From: Mobula hypostoma
Taxonomy: Eukaryota
Direction of reading: 5' to 3'
Length of the DNA: 64,000 nt
Assembly (NCBI RefSeq): GCF_963921235.1
Contig: NC_086120.1
Location: 38,812,001-38,876,000, forward strand
Positions within the stretch are counted from its first letter, which is position 1; each line of letters begins with the position of its first letter. Of the stretch, positions 47,791 through 61,958 are shown one piece after another. The notes under the pieces are model-generated. The model saw only the letters and a program-made list of their open reading frames with translations, had not been told where the DNA came from and made no database searches. The position numbers and the translations under genes were made by a program.

Positions 47791-48921
47791 TTTTTGGTCT
47801 TACTGATGTCCTGATTTGAAAATAGTCTGCCGTCCCCTCATCTTTGCTAATTCTAAGTCCTGGAAATGTCCACCTAATAGCTGTGAGAGTATGTTCAGCA
47901 GAAGGACCACAGCTGTTCAAGAAAATATCTTGCCAATGACCCACATATTCCAAAAAATGAATTAGAAATGCAAAAAGAGTAAAGAAACAGGCTGAGATCC
48001 TTTCTTTCCAGATCAACAATCTTTGGACTCAATTTCAAGGAATCTGCAGCACACATTCTCAATGTTACTTATTACTTATTTGTTATTTATTGTTATATTT
48101 GTCTTTTTTCTTTTTGTATCTGGACAATTTATTCTCTTCTGCACTTTGATCATTTACCCATCTTTGTTCCTATGTAGTTTTCAATTGACTCTTTTGTGTT
48201 CATTGGTATCTACGGTGACCCACAAGGAAATGAATCTCAGTGAGTGTATAGTGATGTACTAAGATAATAAATTTGCTTCGAACTTTTCTGTGTAACCACC
48301 TATCATGGAGCATATTCAGAAGCGGCTCCCAGTAAAATTAAACATAATACGCATCTCAAAACGTTCATATTATTTTATCTCATGTATATAATACAACGCT
48401 CTTCTAACGATGTTACTGCATGTTCCAGTGTAAGCATTTTAGTGTCAGAAAGATAAAGAACAGGCAGACAGAGCCATAGACAGGAATTTCAGGTATGCCC
48501 AAGTCCTGCAGGGTGGAACAGTGGATTCCCTGGCTACCCTGCTATCACATGACCCAAAGACGACTAACTTCACTCTTGCTTGGTGCTGTCTGCTGCAGAG
48601 TTAACATTGTTTATGTGACCCACATTTTGCAAGTTGCCCCTATTGGAAATATTTTTTTTCCATTAGGAGTCATTTTGTGCTTCTGAGTTAACCAGCCATG
48701 CAGGCAGCATGATAGCATAGTGGTTAGCACAATGCTTGATAGTGCTGATAATCTCTTCCCAGTGTTCAATTCCCACTGCTGTCTGAAAAGAGTTAGTATA
48801 TTCTTCCTGTGATGGTGTCGGCTTCCTCCCACATTCCAAAAGTCATACGGTTTAGGGTTGCACACACACACAATGCTGGAGGAACTGAGCAGGTCAGATA
48901 GCATCTATGGAAATGAAGAAA

Positions 48922-48959
48922 CAGTTGGCGTTTCAGGCCGAGACCCTTCATCAGGACTG
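48922..48959 (-). ncRNA. Minimal hammerhead motif in the PLE terminal region (decayed)
   Basis: CAGTC-CTGATGA-AGGGTCTCGGCCT-GAAAC-GCC-AACTG; the U of the NUH triplet is mutated. Confidence 0.55.
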
Positions 48960-51069
48960 GAAGGGAAGGAGAAACTAAGCCAGAATAAGAAGGTGGGGTG
49001 AAGGGAAGGAGCACGAGCTAGAAGATGAAACCAAGTGGGTGGGGGAGGAGGGGGAATGAAGTAAAAAGCAGGAAGCTGATAGATGGAAAAGGTAAAGGGC
49101 TGGAGAAGAAGGAATCTGAAAGGAAAGGAGAGCAGACCATGGGAGAAAGGGAAGGAGGGGTAACAGCGTGGGGAGGGGTTAGGCAGGTGAGGAGGGAAGA
49201 GGGAAGGGGAGGAGGAGGAGGAGGAGGAGAATTACTGGAAATTTGAGAAATCGATGTTTATGCTGTCAGGTTGGTGGTTATCCAGATGGAATAAAGGGTG
49301 CTACTCCTCCAACTTGAGAATGGCCGCATTGTGGCGGAAGAAAAGGCATGGACTGACATGTTGGAATGGGAATAGAGATTGGAATTGAATTTTCTGGCCA
49401 CTGGAAAACATAAGGACATTAGAAATAGGAGCAGGAGTAGGCCATCTGGCCCATCGAGCCTGCTCCACTATTAAATAAGATCATGGCTGATCTGGCTATG
49501 GACTCATCTTCACCAACTGCCTTTTCCCCATGGTCCCTAATTCCCCTACTATGCAAAAATCTATCTAAGCTCGTCTTAAAAATGCTGCATTGTGCAGGTG
49601 GAACGAAGGTGCTTGACAAAGTAGTCTCCCAATCTATATCGACTCTACCAATATGAAAACTGGAAGGATGTTTGAGGCCCTGAAGGAAAGTGAGAGAGGA
49701 AGTGAATGGACAAGTGTAGCACGTCTTCCACTTGAAGGGTTAACTCCAGGGGGTAGATGAGTGGGAAAGTACGAATGGACAAGGGATCACAAAGGGAGCA
49801 ATCCCTGTAGAAAGTAGAGAGTGGGCGGAGGGGTAAAGATGTGTTTGGTGGTAGAATCTCATTAAAGATGGCAGAAGTTGCAGAGGATGACATGCTGGAT
49901 ACGGAGGCTCAAGGGTTGGTAGGTGAGGACAAGAGGAACTCTATCCCTGGTAAGGGATGGGAAGATGGGGTGAAGGCAAATGTCTGGGAAATTGAGGAGA
50001 TGTGAGTGAGAGCAGCATAAATAGTGGAGGAAGAAGGAGGACATTTCTGATGTTCTGGAAATGAAAACCTCATCCTGGGAACAGGTATGGTGGAGACAAA
50101 GGAACTAAGAAAATGAAATGACATTTTTACAGGAGACAGGGTGGGAAGAATATAGTCAAGATAGCTGTGGGAGTTGGTTGGTTTATAAAAGATATCGGTA
50201 GACAGCTTGTCTCCAGAGATGGAGACAGAGAGATTGAGAAAGGGGAGGGAGGTGTCAGAAATGGACCAAGTGAATATAAGGCCAATGGAAGTTGGCGGCA
50301 AAGTTGATGAAATTGTGAGCTCAGCATGGGTGCATGAAGCAGTACAAATGCAGTCATCAATGTAGTACAGAAAGAGTTGGGGAGCAATACCAGGGACAGC
50401 TTGGAACTTGGACTGTTTGACATAACCAACAAAAAGGTAGGCATAGGTGTGGCCCATGCAGGTGTGCATGACTACACCTTGAGTTTGGAAAAAATGGGAT
50501 GAGCCGAATGAGAAATTGTTGAGTGTGAAGACCAGTTTTTCCAGATGGAGGAGGGTGGTGGTGGAGGGGAACTGGTTGGGTCTGTTGTCAAGAAAGAAGT
50601 GGAGAGCTTTAAGGTCTTCTTGATGGGGAATAAAAGTTGTTAGGGACTGAATATCCATGGTGAAATTGAGGCAATCTGGCCCAGGCAATTGAAAGTTGTT
50701 GAGGCAATCAAGACCACGTGAAGTGTCATGGGTGTAGGTGGGAAAGGACAGAACCAAGGGGGATAAAATGGAGTTGAGGTATGTGGACACAAGTTCAGTG
50801 GGGCAGGAAATGGCAGAACAATGGGCCTACCTAGACAGTCAGGTTTGTGCATTTGGGTAGGAGATAGAAATGAGCAGTGCAGGGTAAGAGGGTCTATGAG
50901 GTTGGTGGCAGTGAATGCGAGATCTCCAGAGTTGATGAGGTCAGTGATGGTGCGGGAGACAATGTCCTGATGGTTCTGAGTGAGACTTTTTCAAGAGTAA
51001 ATAAGAGGAAGTGTCTGAGAGTTGCCATATGGCCTCAGCAAGGTAGAGGTTATTTACTATTACAAACGT

Positions 51070-51745
51070 AGATTAGATTAGATTATGAGGACACTTAGTC
51101 CTCATTTATTGTCATTTAGAAATGCATGCAGTAAGAAATGATACAATGGTCCTCCAGAGTGATATCACAAAAAAAACAGGACAAACCAAAGACTAACACT
51201 GACCACATAATTGTAACATATAGTTACAGCAGTGCAAAGCAATGCCATAACTTGATAAAGAGCAGACCATGGGCATGGTAAAAAAAAGTCTCAACATTCC
51301 GATTGACTCCCGATAGTCCCGATAGCAGGTGGCAAAAGGGAGAAACTCTCCCTGCCATAAATCTCCAGGCGCTGACAACTGCCGATGCATTGGAAGCACC
51401 CAACCACAGCCGACTCTGAGTCCGTCCGAAAACTTCAAGCCTCCGACCAGCCCCTCTGATACAGCCTCCCGAGCACCATCCTCTGCCGAGCGCTTTGACC
51501 TCGCCCCGGCCGCTGAGCAACAAGCAAAGCCGAGGACTCGGGGCCTTCTCCTCCGGAGATTCTGGATTGCACAGTAGCAGCGGCAGCGAAAAAGGCATTT
51601 CAGAAGTTTCTCCAGATGTTCCTCTGTGCTCTCACATCTGTCTCCATCAAATCAGGATTGTGCACAGCACCTTACTTGACAGATAACAGATATCATTCAC
51701 CGGAGTGGCTGCTGCGCGCTGTGTCGCGCCACCATCTTCTCCTCC
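51070..51745 (-). mobile_element. Non-autonomous LINE-related element nested in the PLE
   Basis: 5' GGAGAAGATGGTGGCG start, CpG-rich body, 3' hairpin GAGGAC-TAAGT-GTCCTC and (TAATC)n tail; similar tail at ~53401-53470. Confidence 0.6.
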
Positions 51746-54277
51746 AGCTTGGTTAGGCCACCAGACTACAATAGCACCCCCTTTGTCTGCAGCTTGGATG
51801 GTGAGGTTGAGATTGGTGAGGAGAGAGTGGAGAGCAGCTTGTTCTGAAGGGGTAGCATTCGAAGAGGAGAGAGGAGTGGTGAAGTCAAGATGGTTGATGT
51901 GTCGTCCGCAATTAGAGATGAAAAGATCCAGAGCAGGAAGAAGACCAGAGTGGGGTGTCCAAGAAGAGGAGGAGGGTTGGAGACGGGAGGAGGATTCATC
52001 GATGTGGAGTGGGGAATCCTTGCCAAAAAAGTGGGCTCAGAGACGGAGGTGTTGGAAGAAGGGCTCGACATCATAGCGAGCGTGAAACTCACTGAGGTGC
52101 GGACGAAGGGGGACAAAGGTAAGGTCCTTGCTGAGAAAAGAACATCCTGCCTCAGAGAGGGGAAGGTTGGAAGGAATGCTGAAAACACAGTAGGAATTAG
52201 AGGAAGTTAGTGTTAGTCAGCTGTGGACATGCCATGTTGGCACTGGAAGTGTGTTTCATCATTGATACGAATGACAATTTTCACTCTATGCTTTGATTTA
52301 CAGTGCATGTGACAAATAAAGCTAAACTCTTTGTTCCTTAAATTCATTTGAGTAATACAATTAACAGTTGAATGGGAGTGCAATTTGCCTCATGATTTGA
52401 ATAAAGTAATTTTGTTTAAGAGAACTTATTAACAAATAAGTACCATTAATAGGACACAGTTAATTCTGAACTCAGATAACTGATTTGCCTTTCTCATACA
52501 CGCTGTGAAAGGACACTGAATATCCATTGTTAATGAAAACTCAAACACTATTAAATGGGTGTAGCTCGCAGCTAATTATTCGGTATCAGTACACCACAAA
52601 AACTAGCATAGACAGTCAAACATAATTAACTGTAAGCGTGTCCAATTTTTACTACTTGACAAATAAGTATTTACAATCACAGCCCAAGCTCAAATAAAAG
52701 GTGTCACATCAAACCAATGTGTGGCATGAATTTATAACAAGCAGAGATGAAGTGGGTGGGCTGGTTCACACACAGCATTTTAGTTGATAACCTCAGCTTG
52801 CTCCAGGATTTTGATAGCAGCAGAATGTGAGCCATCCTCTGGAGGACTGAATGTCATGAGATTTAGAATAGCAACGAACAAAAAAAAATCAAATAGCCCT
52901 ACTTGTAATTTGAATCTGAATCATTAATGACTATTAGAGTCATAGAACAATATAGCACAGAAACAGGCCCTTCGTTCCATCTAGTTTATGTCAAACTATT
53001 ACTCTGCCTAGTCCCACCAAGCTACACCTGGACTAAGGCCCTCCACACTCACCCCATCCATGTACTTCTCCAAACTTCTCTTAAATGTTGAAACCAAACC
53101 CACTTCCACCACTTCTGCTGGCAGCTCATTCCACACTGGGAGAAGCTGTTCCTCCTCATGTTTCCCTTCAACAATTCACCTTTTACCCTTACTCCATGAC
53201 CTTTTGTTCAAAGTGGTTAATCTGTTTCATACCTTACAATACTTAATATTAATGGATTTTAGTTTGTTATTTATGTGCGATTCATCTGTAGATTTTAACT
53301 TTACCTTCATAAGTTATCATGTGTTATGTGTGTAATGTGTACTGCTGTGCCTTACACCCAGGTTCAGAGAAATGTTGCCTCATTTCTATATACATTATAT
53401 TTAGATTATGAAGACACGCAGTCCTCTTTTATTGTCATTTAGTAATGCATGCATTAAGAAATGATACAATATTTCTTGTACATAACCATGTACATGTACA
53501 CATATGGTTATATATGGTTATATATGTTATGTACATGTATATAGTTAAATGACAATAAACTTGACTTGATTACCAAAAATCTCAGTTTCTATGAGCTCAC
53601 ACTATACCAGATGGATTATGAACTCGCACTATTTAAGGAACAATGCTAAATGGATCTTCTTTTATTTACTAAATCATTTGAAAAAAATCAGTCTGTGAAA
53701 ATCATTGTGTCCAGATATGTAATTTGGGAAAATTTAATTGCAATGATCCCAATCTCATACTAATTGCCATTGCAAGGTGTTTCTCATTATACCTACTAAC
53801 AAGTTTCCAAAGTACCTTTCAAAATTATGCAAAATTACATTCATAAGGATTAATATTTGTTTAAAAAATATATTTTTAACTAATGAATTAACTCGCTGTG
53901 AAATGGGGACAGCTGTTATTCCCTTATTAGGGAGAGAGAGCGAGCTTGTGGTATGTCAAATTACCGGGTGAATGAGTAGTCTGTGGTATACTGCAAGTCT
54001 GTGTCTTTATTGATGCTTGCTGTACGCTTGAGTGCTCGGTAGAGGGCGCTAATGCTTTTTGTTGGTGGGGGTGGTAGGGGGGCATTGCCTTGCAGCTGTC
54101 ATTCATTGGGACACTCCTCTGGTTTTGTGGATGTTTGCGAAGAAAAAGAATTTCAGGATGTACATTGTATACATTTCTTTGACATTAAATGTACCTATTG
54201 AAACCTATTGAGTATGGTGCATTAATGTAGCCAATGAATGGTCCTGTAAAAATTTTGTAATAACTTCCAGTTACTTA

Positions 54278-55301
54278 TGTAATGTCCTGGTTTAAGACCA
54301 TGTGTTATCTTATTCACGCGGTTATACTGTTGGGCATAGTATTTTCTGCAGATCTCCTCAAAATAAAAATCTATATATAAAGAGTGTTCCTTTAATTAAA
54401 TTATACACTTAATAATATGCAGTTTCAAGTGAGTATTTTATTTTACTGCCAGTTTATTAGTAAGTTAGGCTTGTTGAGTTAGCCAATAGGGTTTGTCTTG
54501 TTAATATTTTGGCCAATAAGATGCCCGGCAAGAGAATGGGTAAGCATTTTCAACAGAGAGCACAAGATCGAAGAAGTTTTGAGAAGGAAGGAGAAAAGGG
54601 AATGAGCATCAAACAAGGTGGAAGAACATGGTTAAATGCTCACCAAACCCAATTTGGAAGGACCAGTACAGCTGTCTGAAAATACTTATGTAGACTGTGG
54701 TCTCACAGTGAATGTGCAGGTAACTTTCAGTTAGCCAGCTATCACGTGGCAATTGGAGAAAGAGCAGGAGGACATAGTTCAATGCTTTTTCCTTGGATGT
54801 TGTGTGGAAATTTATTTATTTTTCTCTTTCTTGCTTGGACTGGTTCCTCAGCAGAAGAACCATTTTGGTACCATGAGTAAATAGACGGACACAATCTGGG
54901 TGTATTACCAGAGCTTAAACAATTGCGTACATGCTATAAATTGATATATATGTCACAGGCCCTTTTCTTTATTTTGTTTGTTAGAGCTTAAAATATTTTG
55001 TCAATACAATTTAAATCTACGTTCATACTGGTGTGAGCTAAATGTTTGCCTCCTGGCGAACAGTAGATTTGTGTAGGTGCCTGTCAGTATTCATACAGGT
55101 AATTGTCTTATTTTCCTTCAGAAATATTCAAAATTTAACGTTTTTTTTTGCGTTTACTCGAGTTATATCCATCCTAGACCTGTTTATTTTCTGGAAGTGA
55201 TCTTTTTATTGTTATTCCCATGCATTGTAGATTGATGTTGTTATTGATTTGTATTCACAGGAATAGCTAACTCATTGCAAGCCTACGGCGGTAGGGTTAC
55301 A
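54278..55301. mobile_element. Probable solo LTR (~1 kb)
   Basis: TGTAA...TTACA termini; flanks CTTA / CTTC (3 of 4 match); two CCAAT boxes at ~54483 and ~54513. Confidence 0.6.
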
Positions 55302-55434
55302 CTTCAAAGCAGGTTACTCACAAATTTTAATACTCAGATTTAAAATGTCTTATTGTGAGATTTTATTTGTATTTTCGTGCATTATACTTTTAACTACAGT
55401 AAACAGACTACTTAAATAAATCAAAGGAACCATT

Positions 55435-55710
55435 TATTTATTGAGATACAGTGCAGAATAGGCCCTTCCTGGCCTCTGAGTCACCCAGCAAACCCTCGAT
55501 TTAATCCCAGCCTAATCACAGGACAATATACAATGATCAATTAACCGACCAACTGGTACACCTTTGGAGTGTGGGAGGAAACCGGAGCACCTGGAGGAAA
55601 CCCAGGCGGTCACAGGGAAAGCGTACAAACTCCTTACGGGCAGCAGCAGGAATTGAACCTAGGTTGCCTTAGTGTAAAGTGCTCTGCTAACCACTATGCT
55701 ACCGTGCCAC
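55435..55710 (-). mobile_element. HE1-like V-SINE
   Basis: Minus-strand head GGCACGGTAGCATAGTGGTTAGC...GGTTCAATTCC and V-domain. Confidence 0.8.
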
Positions 55711-56224
55711 TCGTGTTTTAAAAGCAAGATCACGGGTGTAATCTGTTTAGGTATAAATGAAGCGTAAATCATAATGAACATTTATCAAACACGAAAACCA
55801 GATTAGTCTGATTCTAATGCCTGATTTAAATCCTATTCATTAATAGAAAATAGTAAAAACAAAATCCACAGAAAACGTTGGAACACTCAGCCTTTCAGGC
55901 AGCATCTGTAGGCATAGTAAACTATCTTTTCAGGCCCAGGACTTCTCATCAGGACATTTTTAAAAGTAAAATTAGGGATACAGTCCATATGAGAATGATG
56001 GATATTTTGCTGAGTTGTGGCTGTATAGAGCTCATATTTGATATATCCCATCATTACCCATTCGGTTGACAACTGTATAAGATTCACAGACAGACAACTA
56101 GATGTGTTATAAATAGTAGAAAGAATGATAATCATGTTCATTATTTAATTGTTGACAAAGAGAATAGAGCAGATATGCATTTATATAGAGATGTGGGGGA
56201 CTTCATATGTTGGAATCTGGAAAA

Positions 56225-57025
56225 GGGATAGTCCTGGAACATCTGGACAGTGAAGTTGTATACATTATGATGCTCTTCATTGACTACAGCTTGGTATTCA
56301 ATACCATCACCTCCTCAAAGCTAATCAATAAGCTTCAAGTCCTTGGCCTCAATACCTTCTTGTGCATTGGATTCTTGATTTCCTCCCTTGCAAACCCCAG
56401 TCAGTTTGGATGGGCAGCAACATCTCCACATTCTCCATCAGCACAGGTGCACCACAAGGCTCTGTGCTTCTTCCCCTGCTCTACTCACTGTATATTTGTG
56501 ACTGTGAGGCTAAGCACAGCTCCAATGACATATTTAAGTTGGCTGATGACACCACTGTTGCGGGCCTCAGGACCCACACCACCAGGTTCAGGAACAGTTA
56601 TTACCCTTCAACCATCAGGAAGGAGGTAGAGGAGCCTCAGGACTCGCACTACCAGGTTCAGGAACAGTTATTACCCCTCAACCATCAGGCTCTTGAACCA
56701 GAGGGGATAACCTCACAGAACTTCACTCACCCCATCCCTGAACCTCACAGAACTTCACTCACCCCATCCCTGAACCGTTCCCACATCTTAAGGGCTCACT
56801 TTCAAGGTCTCTTCATCTCATATCTTCGATATTTATTGCTTATTTATTTATTATTTTTTTCTTTTGTATTTGCACAGTTTTACATATTGGTTGTTTGTCC
56901 TGTTGGGTGCAGTCTTTCATTGATTCTATTATGATTTTTGAATTTACCCACAAGCAAATGAATCTTAGGCTTGTATATGGTGACACATATGGACTTTGAT
57001 AATAAACTTCCTTTGAAATTTGAAC
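56225..57025 (+). mobile_element. Rex1-like LINE, internally deleted, with local tandem duplications
   Basis: MLFIDYS.VFNTI, STGAPQGSVL.PLLYSLY, KLADDTT joined directly to TTRFRNSYYPSTIR; (TTTGAA)n tail. Confidence 0.75.
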
Positions 57026-58004
57026 TTTGATGTTTTCGGTTGGGATTCTGCATTATGTAGCTCACCTTCTGATTTGGTAGGTTGGAGAGTTCAAAGTTAA
57101 TTATGAATGCTCCAATTCCAATAACTCTCATTCTTTTAACTATTAGCTTTATTTGTCAAATGTACATCAAAACATACAGTGAGATACCTCGTTTGCATTA
57201 ATGACTGCCACATTCCGAGGCAGTGCTATGGGCAGTCTGCAGGTGTCGCCATGCCTCTGGCACCAACATAGCATGCCCACAACTTACTGACCCTCACCCA
57301 TACATCATCTTGAATGTGGGAGGAAACCGGATCTTCAGAGGAAACCATTGTGGTCATGGGGAGAACGTACAAACCCCCTATAGACAGCGATGGGAATCAA
57401 GCCCCATTCTCATAGCTGGTGCTGTAGAGCACTACGCAAACGGCTATGCTACCGTTCTCTGTCAATATTAGGAATGTTTTTCTTTTTGGTCAGTCGTATA
57501 TCTGTGATAATAGACTGGTACACTCTCTCCTCTCCATTAGCACAATCTGACCTGTTATTTGCCACATATCACGCTTCATTCTCATCCTCCATTTGCCTCC
57601 ATTAAGTGCTCATCGCCAGTGCAACCTTGTCCTTCTGCTGTTCCTTTTTCCCAGTTCAAGTTCAAGTTTATTGTCATCTGACTGTACGTATATACAACGA
57701 AACAAAACAACGGACCACCGTGTAGCCACACAACATGTAGCACACACAGCACATAAAACAAAATATTATACTATTAATAAATGAAGAAAATATAATGCAA
57801 AATATGTGTAGCAAAGTGCAGTATGGTAAACAGTAAACAGCTCACCGTCCTAGTGATGAGACTTTGGTGGTGGCAGGGTATTCATTAGTCTCACAGCCTG
57901 AGGGAAGATGCTGTTACCAGTCTGGCCATCTTAGTCCTGGAATGTGGGATGGGTGGTAGGGACCCACAACAATAATTTGGGTCCTTCATCTGCAATACTT
58001 CCAG

Positions 58005-58600
58005 TAACAAGGCTCTACAAGGCGCTGGAGAGACTTCACTTGGAGTACTGTGGGCAGTTTTGGTCTCTTTATTTAAGAAAGGATGTGCTGACATTGGAGA
58101 GGGTACAGAGAAGATTCATTAGAATGATTCTGGGAATGAGAGGGTTAACATATGAGGAATGTTGTCTGCTCTTGGACTGTATTCCTTGGAGTTTAGAAGA
58201 ATGAGGGGAGACCTTATAGAAACCTTTTGAATGTTGAAAGGCATGGACAGAGTGGATGTGGCAAAGTCGTTTCCCATGATGGAGGACTCTAGTATGAGAG
58301 GGCATGATTTAAGGATTGAAGAGCGCCCATTCAGAACAGAGATGCGAAGAAATTTTTTTAGCCAGAGGGTGGTGAATCTATGGAATTTGTTGCCACGGGC
58401 AGCAGTGGAGGCCAAGTCATTGGGTGTATTTAAGGCAGAGATTGATAGGTATCAGAGTAGCCAGGGCATCAAAGGTTATGGTAAGAAGGCGGGGGAGTAG
58501 GACTAAATGGGAGAATGGATCAGCTCATGATAAAATGGCGGAGCAGACTCGATGGGCCGAATGGCCGACTTTTGCTCCTTTGTCTTATAGTCTTATGGTC
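58005..58600 (+). mobile_element. CR1/HER1-like LINE 3' part
   Basis: LYKAL.R.HLEYC.QFWS, FFSQRVVNLWNLLP; tail TTGTCTTATAGTCTTATGGTC. Confidence 0.85.
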
Positions 58601-60130
58601 TAAATGTTGTAAATAGGGGGGAGGGAGACCCCAGTGATCCTCTTGGTGGTTTTCACTATCCGTTTTAGGGTCTTGTGGTCCAATGCCTTGCAGCTTCCTT
58701 ACCGCACAATGATGCTGCCAGACAAGACGCTCTCGATGGTGCCCCAGTAGAAAGTTGGTAGAATGGGAGGCGCAGAGAAGCTTGGACACCTCGGTCTCCT
58801 CAGAAGGTGTAGATATTGTTGTGCTTTCTTGACTAGTGAGGAGGTGTTGTGGGTCCAGGACAGATCATTTGTATGTGCACACCAAGGAACTTCATGCTCT
58901 TCACTCTCTCCATGGCAGAGCCATTGATGAGCAATGGAGAATGGTTGACCTGTGCATTCCTGGTCCACCTTCATCCATTCTGTCTTGTCCGTGTTGAGAG
59001 CCATGTTGAGTTCTCACATCATTTGACAAGCCTCTCTATCTCCTCCCTGTATGCCAACTCATCATTGTTGCTGAGGAGGTCGACCATTGCTGTATCATCT
59101 GTGAATTTGATGATGTAGTTCGAGCTGAATCTGGCAGTGCAGTCAAGAGTCAGCAGTGTGAACAGTAGCAGACTGAACGTACAATCCTGGAGGTGGGAGT
59201 GCCATTTCTCAGCATGGTGGAGCTTGAGATGTTGCTGCCAACTCAGACTGACTGGGGTCTTTCCATCAAATAGTGCAAGATCCAGTTACAGATCTCATTG
59301 GGGTATTGAGTCCCAAAGAAGACTACCCCCCAGCCTCTGAGGAATGGTCATGTCAGATGCCAAGCAGAAGTCAATAAACAACATCTTGGCATACAAGGCA
59401 TCCTTTTCTAGGTGGGAGTGGAGGACCGAGGCCATGGCAACATCAGTGAACTGACAGGTGAACTGGAAAGGGTCCGAAGTAGCTGGAAGGTGGGATTTGA
59501 TATGATTCATTACCAGCTGTCCAAAGCACTTCATGGTTGTTGAAGTCAGCACCACTGGGTGGTAATCATTTAGGCCAATTTCCATTGCTCTCTCAGGCAC
59601 CAGGATGATGGTGGCTGCCTTAAAGCCTGCAGAGCCAGTGGACTATTTCAGAGAGATATTAAAGATGTCTGTTAATACCTCTTAGCTGGACCAGACAGTC
59701 CCTCAGCACTCAACCCGCTATGTTTTCCAGCCCTGCAGCTTTGTGTGGGTTTACCCCAGCTGGGGTCCTCTTCATCTCGGCCGCGGCCAGACGGGGTGCC
59801 TCAGAGGAGAGGGGGCTTTCCTCGATGTCACATCATTCAGTTGGTCAAGATGCCCATAAAAAGCATTCAGCCTATCAGGAAGGAAGGCATTGCTGTTGTT
59901 GACACGCAAGGTAGACATAATCATTTATGGATTGTATACATTGCAACATGTGTCGCATGTCCCTGGTGTCTCGAAGGTGCCTGTGGGTTTTCTGTGCATA
60001 CTACCACTTTGGCTTCCTGATGGCATGGGGCAGCGCAGCTCTTGCTGACCTGAAAGTTGTCATGTCCCCCAGATCTGAAGCTATCTCTCTCCCCCATCTT
60101 CTCTGCAACTTAAACTAAGCTGGTGACCCA
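58601..60130 (-). mobile_element. Old Rex1/Babar LINE fragment
   Basis: LNDYHPVVLTSTTMKCF, DPFQF, KMLFIDF, KFTDDT, KKAQQ.L..LR. Confidence 0.75.
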
Positions 60131-60341
60131 GAGGCTGCCAATACTAGAATCTGGAGCAAACAGGGAAACTGCTGGGGTTCTCAGAGGGTTGGGCAACATC
60201 TGTGGAGAGAAATGTACAGTTGACTTTTTCTGCACTGATGAAAGGTCTTGACCCAAAACAATGATTGTCCATTTTCCTCCTGACCCACCGAGATCCTCCA
60301 GTAGCTTGTTCTTTGTTTAAAGTTCCTTCCCCCTTTGTTTT

Positions 60342-60379
60342 CAGTCCTGATGAAGGGCCTTGTCCCCAAACGTTGACTG
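60342..60379 (+). ncRNA. Minimal hammerhead motif (decayed)
   Basis: CAGTC-CTGATGA-AGGGCCTTGTCCC-CAAAC-GTT-GACTG; stem I perfect but GAAA changed to CAAA. Confidence 0.5.
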
Positions 60380-61958
60380 TTTACACTTGTCTAAAAATGC
60401 TGCCTGTCCTGCTGAGTTCCTCCAGCATTTTGTCTGCGTTGCCCTTTTTCCTCTCTTTCAAAGTTCAAAGTAAATTTATTATCAAAGTATGTATATGTCA
60501 CCATATACTACCCTCCAATTCATTTTCTTGCAGGCATTCACAGTAGAAGAAATAAAGGCAATGAGAATCAATGTAAAATACACACGAAGACCGACAACCG
60601 ATGTGCAAAAGATGACAAACTGCAAATACAATAAAAAAATAGATAATAAACAAAAAAACTGAGAACCTGAGTTGTAGATTCCTTTAAGAGGAGTCGGTTC
60701 AGTATGAGGTGAGTGAAGTTACCCACACTGCAGCAGGAGCCTGATACTTGAAGGGTAATAACTGTTCCTGAACCTGGTGGTGTGGGAACTAAGGCTCCTG
60801 TACCTCCTTCCTGATGGCAGCAGTAAGAAGAGAGCATGGCGTGGATGGTTGGGGGTCCTTAATGATGGATGCTGCTTTGCTATGACAGTAACTCAAATAA
60901 CCAAGTATTTGTAAGAGTGGTGTGCAGAAGAACATCTCTAAATGCACAACATGTGGACCCTTAACATGGATGGGCTACAGCAGCAGAAGACCATGAACAT
61001 GCACTTCGTGGCCATTTTATTAGGTAAAAGAAGTACTTAATAAACTGACCACTGTGTATATGTGTCTCAGTATTTTGAATATTTTTCAGTTTAAGATAAT
61101 CCAATACTTCCCATTCACAGCACTGTTGAAGGTTGACTGATTTATGAATGTAAAACATGTAACACAACTGAAACCAGCCTCAGCTGTTGATAAGTAATGT
61201 TCTTCTTAAGTCATTAAACCATCTGGAAATGATTAATCTTTGTTAATAGTAAATATGACTTTTATTTGACAGAAAAAGGAGATTTTAAACCATTTAATCA
61301 TGACTGTTAATATAATCTAGAATTAAGAGTATATGTTTCAGTGGGCAAGACTCCTATTTCAATGGTTCAATGGTGCTATTTAATATTAGAGAATATATAC
61401 GGTATAAACCTGACATTCTTGCTCTTTGCAGACATCCACAAAACAGAGGAAAACCCCAACAAATGAATGACAGAAAAATGCTAGAACCCCAAAGCCCCCC
61501 ACCCCTTCCCACCACAAGCAACAACAAAGCATCAACCCTCCCCCCTTCTCCCTCCCCCCACTTGTTCCAGCAGAAAGCATCAGCACCCACCACCCACCAA
61601 GCAAGCAATAGCGCAGCCCCCAAAGAGAGACCATGATCTGCCGTCCAGTATAACATAAGTATCAAAGAAAGGTTAGCTTTATGTGTCACGTATGCATTAG
61701 AACGTTAAAACACACTTGTATCATTTTGCATTAATGATCAGCACGGTCAGCCCGAGGATTGTGCTGGGGCAGCCCTATTTATACATCTTTGGAATGTGGG
61801 AGGAAACTGAAGCAGCTGGAGGAAACCCACGTGGTCGTCAGGAGAGCATACAACCTGTTTACAGACGGCAGCAGTGATCAAAGCCCAATCAGTGATTGCT
61901 GGCACTGTAAAATGATTGCAATGACAACAACGCTGCCATACCACCTTAAAGTCCAACG

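Larger units (their letters stand above)
48862..52200 (-). mobile_element. Near full-length degenerate Penelope-like element (Neptune-like RT then GIY-YIG)
   Basis: LSKDLTFVP and AADKGGAIVVW in the N-terminal part; KPDCLGRPIV, TMDIQSL, NNFSF..SHF.Q.QGV.M, YIDD, FLNLSV, IFYKPT in RT; endonuclease remnant ~49260-49750; hammerhead motif at 48922-48959; interrupted by a CR1 tail (~49408-49580) and by 51070-51745. Confidence 0.88.
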
